A DNA stretch of 24,613 bases from a bacterium (Candidatus Ratteibacteria) CG_4_9_14_3_um_filter_41_21 (GTDB lineage Bacteria; Ratteibacteria; UBA8468). Position 1 is the stretch's first letter; every line of letters begins with the position of its first letter. Location of the stretch: NCBI GenBank assembly GCA_002791075.1, contig PFWI01000051.1, positions 1-24,613 on the forward strand, read 5' to 3'. The position numbers and the translations under genes are program-made. Of this stretch, positions 9,152 through 16,022 are shown in pieces. The notes below the pieces were generated by a model that ran no database searches, was not told the DNA's origin, and saw nothing but the letters and a program-made list of their open reading frames with translations.

Positions 9152-9991
9152 ATGAAGGTCATTAAGAAAAGCAAGGAATTACAAACTCTGATAGAGAGAG
9201 AAAAGAAGAAGGGAAAGATAATTGGCCTGGTTCCCACAATGGGGTATTTGCATTCCGGACACATTTCTCTGATTAAAAGAGCAAAAAAGGATTGCGGTAT
9301 AGTTGTGGTCAGTATTTATGTCAATCCAACGCAATTTGGGCCGGGAGAGGATTACCAAAGATACCCCCGGGATTTAGAAAGGGATAAGAAATTGGCTAAG
9401 GAAGCCGGAACCGACATTCTCTTTGTTCCTTCTGACGAGGAGATTTATCCGGACTCTTTTCATACCTATATCCAGGTAGAAGAGTTATCCGGGAGATTAT
9501 GCGGTGTTTCCCGGCCGATTCATTTCCGAGGGGTTGCCACAATTGTGGCAAAATTATTTAATATTGTTAAACCGACAAAAGCCTATTTTGGGTGGAAGGA
9601 TGCGCAGCAATTGATTATTCTTAAGAAAATGGTAAAAGATTTGAATATGGATGTTGAGGTTGTTGGCCTGCCCACGGTCAGGGAGAAGGATGGTTTAGCA
9701 ATAAGTTCCCGAAATAAATATTTAAGTAAACAGGAGAGAAAGATTGCTCCCATTCTTTACCAGGCTCTGGTTAAAGCGAAAAAAATGGTAAATTCCGGAG
9801 AGAACAACAGCGCCAGGGTTTTGCAGCAAGCAAAGGATTTGATTAAAAAAAAGAAAGGAGTAAAAATTGATTATCTCAAAGCCATAAATTTAATCGATTT
9901 AAAGGATGCTAAAAAGATAAAAAAGAATACCTTAATTGCAATAGCCGCCTGGATTGGAAAAACCAGATTAATTGATAATGTAATAATTTGA
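9152..9991 (+). CDS. panC: Pantoate--beta-alanine ligase
   Basis: VPTMGYLHSGH, SIYVNPTQFGP.ED...YPR, RPIHFRGVATIVAKLF, YFG.KD.QQ, REKDGLAISSRN, TRLIDN. ATG 9152 preferred because the upstream in-frame codons are the REP hairpin. Confidence 0.96.
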   Translation: MKVIKKSKELQTLIEREKKKGKIIGLVPTMGYLHSGHISLIKRAKKDCGIVVVSIYVNPTQFGPGEDYQRYPRDLERDKKLAKEAGTDILFVPSDEEIYPDSFHTYIQVEELSGRLCGVSRPIHFRGVATIVAKLFNIVKPTKAYFGWKDAQQLIILKKMVKDLNMDVEVVGLPTVREKDGLAISSRNKYLSKQERKIAPILYQALVKAKKMVNSGENNSARVLQQAKDLIKKKKGVKIDYLKAINLIDLKDAKKIKKNTLIAIAAWIGKTRLIDNVII

Positions 9992-10013
9992 TAGTATAGG
10001 AATTCCCTTTTTC

Positions 10014-10060
10014 CCTCTCCTCAATCCTCCCCCTCGAGGGGGAGGAGATAGGTCGGGGTG
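10014..10060. repeat. C-rich/G-rich hairpin repeat, copy 2
   Basis: Perfect 20-bp palindrome CCTCCCCCTCGAGGGGGAGG at 10026-10045, just after panC. Confidence 0.75.
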
Positions 10061-10064
10061 TAAT

Positions 10065-10094
10065 TTGATTTTTGATTAGAATCTACCGTATAAT
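10065..10094 (+). promoter_or_regulatory. Putative sigma70 promoter for the integrase
   Basis: TTGATT (10065-10070), 18-bp spacer, TATAAT (10089-10094). Confidence 0.55.
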
Positions 10095-10212
10095 GTTAAA
10101 GTTAGGTGTTAGTATTGAGGAATTGATAAAATAAATTTATGGCAAGCGTAAAATCGGTAAGAATATACAGGAGGGGGAAATTGTAGTTTCTTTCTCGTAC
10201 GATCCTAAATTT

Positions 10213-11316
10213 GTGGCTAAAGTTAAAACCATTGAGGGCCATAGGTGGCATCCGGATAAAAAGTATTGGAGCTTTCCTAATTCCAACGGAACTTTAGAAA
10301 AGATTTTAAAAGCTTTTGAAGGCGAGGAAATACATATAGACACAGCCTTACAAACTAAACTCACTTCCGTCATTGCGAGGGACGGGCTTCCTCGCTCGTC
10401 ATTGCGAGTCCCGATAAAATCGGGACGAAGCAATCTCAAGATAGGCTCGGAACAGGTTCCGCAATCTCAATTTGATGACCTTAAACGTGAACTTCTTTCA
10501 AGAAAATACAGCCATAAAACGGTCAAAGGTTATCTCTATTACAACAGAGATTTTCTGAGTTTTATAAACAAGAACCCCACTGAAGTTCAGGAAGGAGACA
10601 TAAAGGACTACCTTGTTCACCTCGCCGAAGAAAGACAGTCTGCCACGTCCACATTGAATCAGGCAATAAACGCCCTGAAGTTCTATTACGGGACCATGCT
10701 TAAGAAGAAGTTCATCTATGAAGTCGTAAGGCCGAGAAAGGACAAAATACTGCCGGAAGTCTTAAGTAAAGAAGAAGTCAGCCGCATTATAAAAAGCACA
10801 GCGAATATCAAGCACAAGGCAATTCTGATGACCATATACTCCGGTGGCCTGAGGCTTGGTGAAACAGCCCGACTGGAGCAGGCGCATCTTGACAGGGATA
10901 GAATGCTCGTCTTGGTAAAGGGAGCAAAAGGGAGAAAAGACAGGTATACACTTCTTTCCCCCAAAGCCCTGGAATTAATTGACCTGTATATTAAGCGGTA
11001 TGAACCCCGAAAGTGGCTTTTTGAAGGAGCAAAAGCAGGCAGGCATCTTTCGAAAAGGACGATAGAGAAGGTTTTCGATCAAGCCTGCGAGAGGACTGGC
11101 ATAAAGAAAGATGTGTCGGTTCATGACCTTCGGCATAGTTTCGCTACGCACTTGTTGGAATCCGGAGTTGATCTCAGATACATACAGGAACTGTTAGGCC
11201 ATGCCAGCAGTAAGACGACCGAAATATATACCCATGTCAGTACAAGGAGTTTGGGAGAAATACGAAGTCCGTTGGACAATCTCGATTTTGAAGGAGGCGA
11301 GAGTGACAAAACTTGA
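10213..11316 (+). CDS. Tyrosine recombinase/integrase (IntI/XerD-like, no IntI-specific insertion, extra N-terminal module); start uncertain
   Basis: Catalytic R (GLRLGE), K (KGAKGRKDR), HxxR (HDLRH), H (LLGH) and Y (IYTHV) intact. SAM-like domain R.YS.KT.K.Y...Q..NALKFYY. The frame stays open upstream to 10135 with no ATG. Confidence 0.92.
   Translation: MAKVKTIEGHRWHPDKKYWSFPNSNGTLEKILKAFEGEEIHIDTALQTKLTSVIARDGLPRSSLRVPIKSGRSNLKIGSEQVPQSQFDDLKRELLSRKYSHKTVKGYLYYNRDFLSFINKNPTEVQEGDIKDYLVHLAEERQSATSTLNQAINALKFYYGTMLKKKFIYEVVRPRKDKILPEVLSKEEVSRIIKSTANIKHKAILMTIYSGGLRLGETARLEQAHLDRDRMLVLVKGAKGRKDRYTLLSPKALELIDLYIKRYEPRKWLFEGAKAGRHLSKRTIEKVFDQACERTGIKKDVSVHDLRHSFATHLLESGVDLRYIQELLGHASSKTTEIYTHVSTRSLGEIRSPLDNLDFEGGESDKT
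10369..10437 (+). repeat. Palindromic GTCATTGCGAG...GAAGCAATCTC element inserted in frame in the integrase
   Basis: Two GTCATTGCGAG copies (10369, 10398), stem GTCCCGAT-AAA-ATCGGGAC (10408-10426), ending GAAGCAATCTC. Confidence 0.75.
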
Positions 11317-11400
11317 TGCAAGGAGAGAGGTTTCGCTCTTCGGATAGATGTAAAATAACCGCACCATGGTGCAGCTACAACCCCAATTTTGGGATAAATG

Positions 11401-11449
11401 TTGCACCTGAGTGCAATTGTGAACAAGTTATATGAAATTCGGCTTGGTA
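11401..11449 (+). other. attI-like recombination site / left cassette junction
   Basis: GTTATAT core at 11427. 11427-11449 is the reverse complement (22/23) of 13236-13258. 11412-11420 TGCAATTGT is the reverse complement of 13334-13342. Extra inverted repeat TTGCAC-CTGA-GTGCAA at 11401-11416. Confidence 0.7.
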
Positions 11450-11476
11450 GATTTTGTAAATTAGTGGAGATAGATT

Positions 11477-12529
11477 ATGAGAGATAAAACGAACACTTTG
11501 AGTTTATTCGGTAACGAATTGTTAATGCAGAAAGATGAGGAGAAAAAAGGTAGAACTAGCGAGAGGCTTGAGCGATTAGACCTTCATGGAGAATTACATA
11601 AAAAGATATTACCATTATGCAGGTTAAAATATGGAGATATATGGGAGGACCCAATTAATGGACATAAAGTTGGTGTATTAGATGCAACAAAACAGGAAGA
11701 TGTTAAAAAGATTGTGGGTAATGAAAAAGTCAGATTAGTTGTAAATGACCCGCCTTATAATGTAGCAGTGGGAAATGCAAATACAAACGCTCTCTTTAAA
11801 ATAAATATAGAAAAATATTTAGAGTTTTCAAAAGAATGGGTGCAAAATGTAATTTCAGTGACGGATAAAGATGCTCATTTTTATATATGGTTAGGTGCAG
11901 ATTATAGAGACAATCTTCAACCTCTTCCAGATTTTATTATCCTAATGAGAAAGTTTAAGGAATTAAGACCTAAAAATATTATTACCTTAAGAAATCAGAG
12001 AGGTTATGGAACACAAAAAAACTGGATGTGGGTCAGGCAGGAACTTCTTTATTATGTTAAAGGTAATCCAAATTTTAATGTATCTGCTGAATACACCGAC
12101 ATTCCTAAAATATTAAGAGGGTACTACAAAGAGGTAAATGGTAGGATTACAGAAAACTTGGAAAGAAGTAAATCAGAGTATATTAGGGCTGGTAATGTCT
12201 GGGTAGACATTCAGCAAGTATTCTATAGAATGGAAGAAAATGTCCCTGGTTGCTATGCCCAAAAACCTCTAAAGGCAATAGAAAGGATAATATTATCAGC
12301 GACAGATGAAAAAGATTTAGTTGTGGACTTCTTTGCTCATTCAGGAACAACCTTGATTGCTGGAGAAAGGTTAAAAAGGAAGGTTTATACATTTGATATT
12401 GACCCTATATTTGCTGAGATTACGATAAGGAGATTAGAGCATTTTAGGAGAACAGGGAAAACTGGATGGCAATGGCAAAATCCTTTCCCCCAATTGAAAG
12501 ATACAAAGGAGAGACAAAAATGGATTTAA
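11477..12529 (+). CDS. Amino-DNA methyltransferase (N6A/N4C), beta-class motif order
   Basis: Motif IV VVNDPPYN precedes motif I VVDFFAHSGTT; AQKPLKAIERII; preceded by GGAG. Confidence 0.9.
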   Translation: MRDKTNTLSLFGNELLMQKDEEKKGRTSERLERLDLHGELHKKILPLCRLKYGDIWEDPINGHKVGVLDATKQEDVKKIVGNEKVRLVVNDPPYNVAVGNANTNALFKINIEKYLEFSKEWVQNVISVTDKDAHFYIWLGADYRDNLQPLPDFIILMRKFKELRPKNIITLRNQRGYGTQKNWMWVRQELLYYVKGNPNFNVSAEYTDIPKILRGYYKEVNGRITENLERSKSEYIRAGNVWVDIQQVFYRMEENVPGCYAQKPLKAIERIILSATDEKDLVVDFFAHSGTTLIAGERLKRKVYTFDIDPIFAEITIRRLEHFRRTGKTGWQWQNPFPQLKDTKERQKWI

Positions 12530-13230
12530 AACAATTGAGACAATATTTGGAAAACCTCAGCGAGAACTTGAAACCCAAAAATCACCAATTGCTTACTGCA
12601 AGATTGGGCAGTTTAAAATCGGTTTTCCCTTTTAATGAATATGAGTACATTCTGATGTTTTTACGCGATAAAGAAATTATCACATTTCAGCAGTATGAAG
12701 AATTGAGAAAGAAATATGTATCTTCCAATCCATATTTAGAACTTTACGGGATTGCTCCTCGTACGTTTGGAGAAATATGGGGTCATCCTCATGTTATGGA
12801 TATAGATAACAGATTTAAAAAACCTAACAAGGAACTTGATTCCACTTACGAAGGCCAATATGATTTATGGTTTGAAGGTATAAAGGTAGAAATAAAAGCT
12901 TGCCGAGCAATAAATACTAAAAAGCGAGGCAATATAATGGAGAAGGCTTTAAGATACGATTCTGACGAGCCGTTTTGGATGAATTATCAACAGATTAAAG
13001 CGGATATGGCTGATGCTTTTGTTTTTATTGGTGTATGGGTAGATAAGATAGTATATTGGGTTATGTCTAAAAAAGAGATTAAGAAAAATAGATACTTGAG
13101 CCCTCAACATAGAGGGGGGATAGAATATCAAATAGGAATAACACATAAGAATATTAGCGAATTTGATGTTTACAAAGTAGAGCCGAACAAACTTGGAGAT
13201 GTAGTTCTCAAAAAGGGTAAAAGAAGATGA
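12520..13230 (+). CDS. Putative type II restriction endonuclease, PD-(D/E)XK fold
   Basis: QYDLWFEGIKVEIKACR fits PD-(D/E)XK; overlaps the MTase stop; SD AAGGAG before ATG 12520. Confidence 0.7.
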   Translation: MDLKQLRQYLENLSENLKPKNHQLLTARLGSLKSVFPFNEYEYILMFLRDKEIITFQQYEELRKKYVSSNPYLELYGIAPRTFGEIWGHPHVMDIDNRFKKPNKELDSTYEGQYDLWFEGIKVEIKACRAINTKKRGNIMEKALRYDSDEPFWMNYQQIKADMADAFVFIGVWVDKIVYWVMSKKEIKKNRYLSPQHRGGIEYQIGITHKNISEFDVYKVEPNKLGDVVLKKGKRR

Positions 13231-13235
13231 AATTG

Positions 13236-13333
13236 TACCAAGCCGAACTTCATATAACACGGTGTAAAAGACTTCGCTTCGCTCCGTCTAAATTCGGCTT
13301 TGCCGAACTTCTTTTACACCGAAACCGTTATCT
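13236..13333 (+). other. attC-like site
   Basis: R''-like ATATAAC (13252-13258), perfect 12-bp stem CGGTGTAAAAGA (13260-13271) / TCTTTTACACCG (13310-13321), inner hairpin TTCGGC-TTT-GCCGAA, R'-like GTTATCT (13327-13333). Confidence 0.7.
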
Positions 13334-13451
13334 ACAATTGCAGGCAAGGTTGGCTAATATAAAAAGAGAAAGAGTGGGGGAGAATGCTTTCAAATATAAG
13401 TAAATTTACAGAAAATATTGGGTATCCTGAAGATTTTATCAATAAAATAAA

Positions 13452-13480
13452 GTGATAAAAATGGCGAAACGGTGTATAAT
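13452..13480 (+). promoter_or_regulatory. Putative sigma70 promoter upstream of panD-lnt
   Basis: GTGATA (13452-13457), 17-bp spacer, TATAAT (13475-13480). Confidence 0.45.
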
Positions 13481-13607
13481 ACAACATAGAAGGTTTACTC
13501 TTCGGGACTAGAGCAAACGTGATAAGTCCCATTAGGCACAATGCCAGGGTTTAAAGAGAAAGAGTAAAATATTATTTCAGGAGAACTTAACTGTTACCTA
13601 TTAAATT

Positions 13608-13958
13608 ATGCAGAGAATTATTTTAAAGTCAAAGATTTCAGAGACGACTGTTACGGATACCAAACTTCATTATTCAGGCAGCATCACCATTGATGAGGGA
13701 TTAGCCGAAAGTGCGGATATTTTTCCCGGGGAAAATGTTCAGGTGCTGAATTTGAATAATGGGGCGCGAGTAGAAACTTACTACATCAAAGGAAAACGCA
13801 ATTCCGGGATTGTTTGTATCAACGGGGCGGCGGCGCGCTGGTTCGAAAAAGGGGACAAAATTATTATTCTTTCTTACGGGATTTTCGGGGACGAAGAAGC
13901 AAAAAAATTCAAACCGAAAATTATTAGAGTTGATGAAAAGAACAGGGAGATAGAGTAG
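13608..13958 (+). CDS. panD: Aspartate 1-decarboxylase proenzyme
   Basis: [18 protein letters not shown] self-cleavage site, [26 protein letters not shown]. Confidence 0.93.
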   Translation: MQRIILKSKISETTVTDTKLHYSGSITIDEGLAESADIFPGENVQVLNLNNGARVETYYIKGKRNSGIVCINGAAARWFEKGDKIIILSYGIFGDEEAKKFKPKIIRVDEKNREIE

Positions 13959-13963
13959 GGGTA

Positions 13964-15454
13964 ATGAAAAAGAGCATATTCTTCTCCATCCTCTCTGGTT
14001 TACTCCTCATTCTTGCCTTTCCTAAATTTGACTGCGAAATCGTAGCCTGGTTTGCTTTAATTCCCCTTTTTCTGGCGATCCGTGATTTTCGGTATTCTTT
14101 CTTTTCAGGTTATCTCTTTGGTCTCATCTTTTTCGGAGGAAGCCTTTTCTGGCTCGCCAATGTTACCCGAATAGGTTTTCTCGTCTTGATTCTTTATCTT
14201 TCCCTATATCCCGGGCTCTTTGCCTTTCTTTTCACTAAATGGAATCTTCCGGCTAAAAATTTTTTTGGCGCAGGGCTCTGGATTCTTTTAGAATACGTTG
14301 AAAGTCATTTCCTTACCGGTTTCCCCTGGTTGCTTCTGGGATACTCTCAATATAAAAATTTAAGATTTATTCAAATTTCCTCAATTTTTGGCGCCTACAT
14401 TGTCTCTGGTCTTGTTGTGCTGATTAATATCGGTTTAAGCCAACTTTTCTTCAAACAGAAAAAGAGCATCGCAACAAAAATGCCGAAGGTTTCCATTGCT
14501 TTGTCCTTTTTTATCCTTTTACTCGCTTTCTTTTTTGGCATTGGTCAAATGAAAAAGATTTCCGGAATTACCGCAAAAGAGATAAAAGTATCGTTGGTTC
14601 AGGGCAATATTCCTTCGCTTCAGAAATGGGAAACTTTCTCCAAAGAAAAAAATATCAAGATTTATTCTGCCCTCACCGAAAAAGCAGCCAAAAATAATCC
14701 TGATCTGGTTATCTGGCCGGAAAGCGCGATTAGTACCTATTTGAAATTGGACCGACCAATCCAAAAGCGTCTTTTTGAATTAGCCAAAGCAAAGAAATTT
14801 TATCTTCTCGCCGGTTCGTTGGACCAACGAAGCGGCAAAAACTATAATAGCGCTTTTTTAATTTCTCCTCAGGGACGAATCAAGGATACTTATGACAAGA
14901 TTCATCTGGTTCCTTACGGAGAATATGTTTTAGGGGGAGAATCTTTCCCTTTCCTGAAAAGGTTTGTGGCGAAAGCGGCTGGTTTTATTCCTGATTTTAG
15001 TCCAGGAGAAAATTACACAATCTTCTCTTTACCTGAAGGAAATTTTGCTACTTTAATCTGCTTTGAGGATATTTTTTCGGAACTTTCCCGAAGATTTACT
15101 AAAAAAGGAGCAAACTTTTTGGTTAATATTACTGATGATAGTTGGTTTGGGGATTTTGGCGCTTCTCAGCATTTTGCCGCTGCTGTTTTCCGGGCGGTAG
15201 AAAATAGGAGATATCTTCTACGGACCGCAAACACCGGGCTTTCAGCTATTATTGCTCCCTGGGGGGAAATCTTAAAAAAAGTAGAGGAAAATGGTAAAAA
15301 ACTCTTTGTCTCCGGTTTCTTGGTTGGGGAAATTAAGCCGGTTTCCTCTTTAAGTTTTTATACTAAATTTGGCGATGCTCCTTTAATTCTTCTTTGTATA
15401 GGATTGATCGTTGTTTTAATTACCACGAAATTACGAAAATTAAACAAGTTATAA
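13964..15454 (+). CDS. lnt: Apolipoprotein N-acyltransferase
   Basis: Multi-TM N-terminus, TGFPW.LLGYSQ, VQGNI, nitrilase triad WPES / YDKIHLVPYGE / LICFED, NITDDSWFG, RTANTGLSA. Confidence 0.95.
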   Translation: MKKSIFFSILSGLLLILAFPKFDCEIVAWFALIPLFLAIRDFRYSFFSGYLFGLIFFGGSLFWLANVTRIGFLVLILYLSLYPGLFAFLFTKWNLPAKNFFGAGLWILLEYVESHFLTGFPWLLLGYSQYKNLRFIQISSIFGAYIVSGLVVLINIGLSQLFFKQKKSIATKMPKVSIALSFFILLLAFFFGIGQMKKISGITAKEIKVSLVQGNIPSLQKWETFSKEKNIKIYSALTEKAAKNNPDLVIWPESAISTYLKLDRPIQKRLFELAKAKKFYLLAGSLDQRSGKNYNSAFLISPQGRIKDTYDKIHLVPYGEYVLGGESFPFLKRFVAKAAGFIPDFSPGENYTIFSLPEGNFATLICFEDIFSELSRRFTKKGANFLVNITDDSWFGDFGASQHFAAAVFRAVENRRYLLRTANTGLSAIIAPWGEILKKVEENGKKLFVSGFLVGEIKPVSSLSFYTKFGDAPLILLCIGLIVVLITTKLRKLNKL

Positions 15455-15542
15455 AACCACGAATTTATCGAATTTTACGAATTAGAGTAATTCGCGTTAA
15501 TTCGTGGTTAGAAAAAGGAAATTCCTATGGTATTAAATTATG
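15444..15542 (+). repeat. 99-bp repeat, copy A (inverted duplicate of 23169-23267)
   Basis: 15444-15529 is the exact reverse complement of 23182-23267; two mismatches follow, then 11 more matching bases. Internal CGAATT-unit hairpin. Confidence 0.9.
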
Positions 15543-16019
15543 GAAAGAATAAACGAATGCGAAAAGGTTCTTGGCTACTGGTTTAAAAGGAAATCTCTTC
15601 TTAAGGAGGCGTTAAATCACTCTTCCTTTGCTTACGAGAATAACCTTATCTCTAATGAAAGAATGGAGTTTTTAGGCGATAGCATCTTAGGATTAATCGT
15701 AAGTGTCATTCTCTATAAGAAATATCCAAAAGCGGCTGAGGGTGACTTAACCGAGAAGAGAAGTTCTTTGGTTAGCAGAAAACATCTTGCCTCTGTTGCT
15801 AAAAAGCTCTGCTTAGGGAAGTTTCTTTTTTTAGGCAAAGGCGAAGAAGCTCAAGGCGGAAGGCAATTAGCCTCTAATCTTGGCAATAGTCTGGAAGCAA
15901 TAATCGGAGCTATTTATCTTGACGGGGGGTTGCTTCCGACCAGAAAATTTATTAAAAAACTATTTTTCCCCTCCCCTAAATTCCCCTCCCTCCAGGGGAG
16001 GGGATGGAAGGGAGGGTGA
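15540..16019 (+). CDS. rnc: Ribonuclease III catalytic domain only (no dsRBD)
   Basis: ALNHSS, SNERMEFLGDS, EGDLT..RSSLV, LGKGE, LEAIIGAIYLDGG. Ends at 159 aa, with the tail encoded by a hairpin repeat. Confidence 0.85.
   Translation: MERINECEKVLGYWFKRKSLLKEALNHSSFAYENNLISNERMEFLGDSILGLIVSVILYKKYPKAAEGDLTEKRSSLVSRKHLASVAKKLCLGKFLFLGKGEEAQGGRQLASNLGNSLEAIIGAIYLDGGLLPTRKFIKKLFFPSPKFPSLQGRGWKGG
15968..16016. repeat. C-rich/G-rich hairpin repeat, copy 3 (encodes the rnc tail)
   Basis: Stem TCCCCTCCC 15982-15990 / GGGAGGGGA 15996-16004, between convergent rnc and yidC. Confidence 0.7.
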
Positions 16020-16022
16020 TGG

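Larger units (their letters stand above)
11427..13326 (+). mobile_element. 1,900-bp gene cassette carrying a restriction-modification pair
   Basis: GTTAT direct repeats at 11427 and 13327; ORFs fill the unit tightly (50 bp from core to first ATG, last stop 6 bp before the right-hand complementary segment); attC-like hairpin at the 3' end. Confidence 0.75.
9992..13607 (+). mobile_element. Integron-like insert (tyrosine recombinase + one gene cassette) interrupting panC-panD
   Basis: Integrase, att core and an R-M cassette with attC-like hairpin lie between normally adjacent panC and panD. Exact outer ends are not defined; the coordinates are the intergenic limits. Confidence 0.7.

Noticed and set aside
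10026-10045. Intrinsic terminator after panC
   Set aside because: No U-tract on either strand; belongs to a dispersed repeat family.
10071-10101. Possible dif site (TAATGTTAAAG resembles the XerD arm)
   Set aside because: The XerC-arm position has no similarity, and the match overlaps a better-explained -10 box.
12466-12519. Longer N-terminus for the endonuclease (MAMAKS...)
   Set aside because: Lies within the MTase; ATG 12520 has a proper AAGGAG.
11427-13258. Reading the 23-bp inverted ends as transposon terminal repeats
   Set aside because: No transposase inside, no target duplication directly outside them, and the right copy runs straight into an attC-like stem closed by a second GTTAT, which a cassette model explains better.
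13332-13541. 69-aa minus-strand ORF as a second cassette gene
   Set aside because: No motif or SD, opposite orientation, and no second attC-like site or matching AGATAAC downstream.
13608-13958. PanD inactivation (usual KSKIH reads KSKIS)
   Set aside because: The Gly-Ser cleavage site and R/Y residues are intact; one substitution is not enough evidence.
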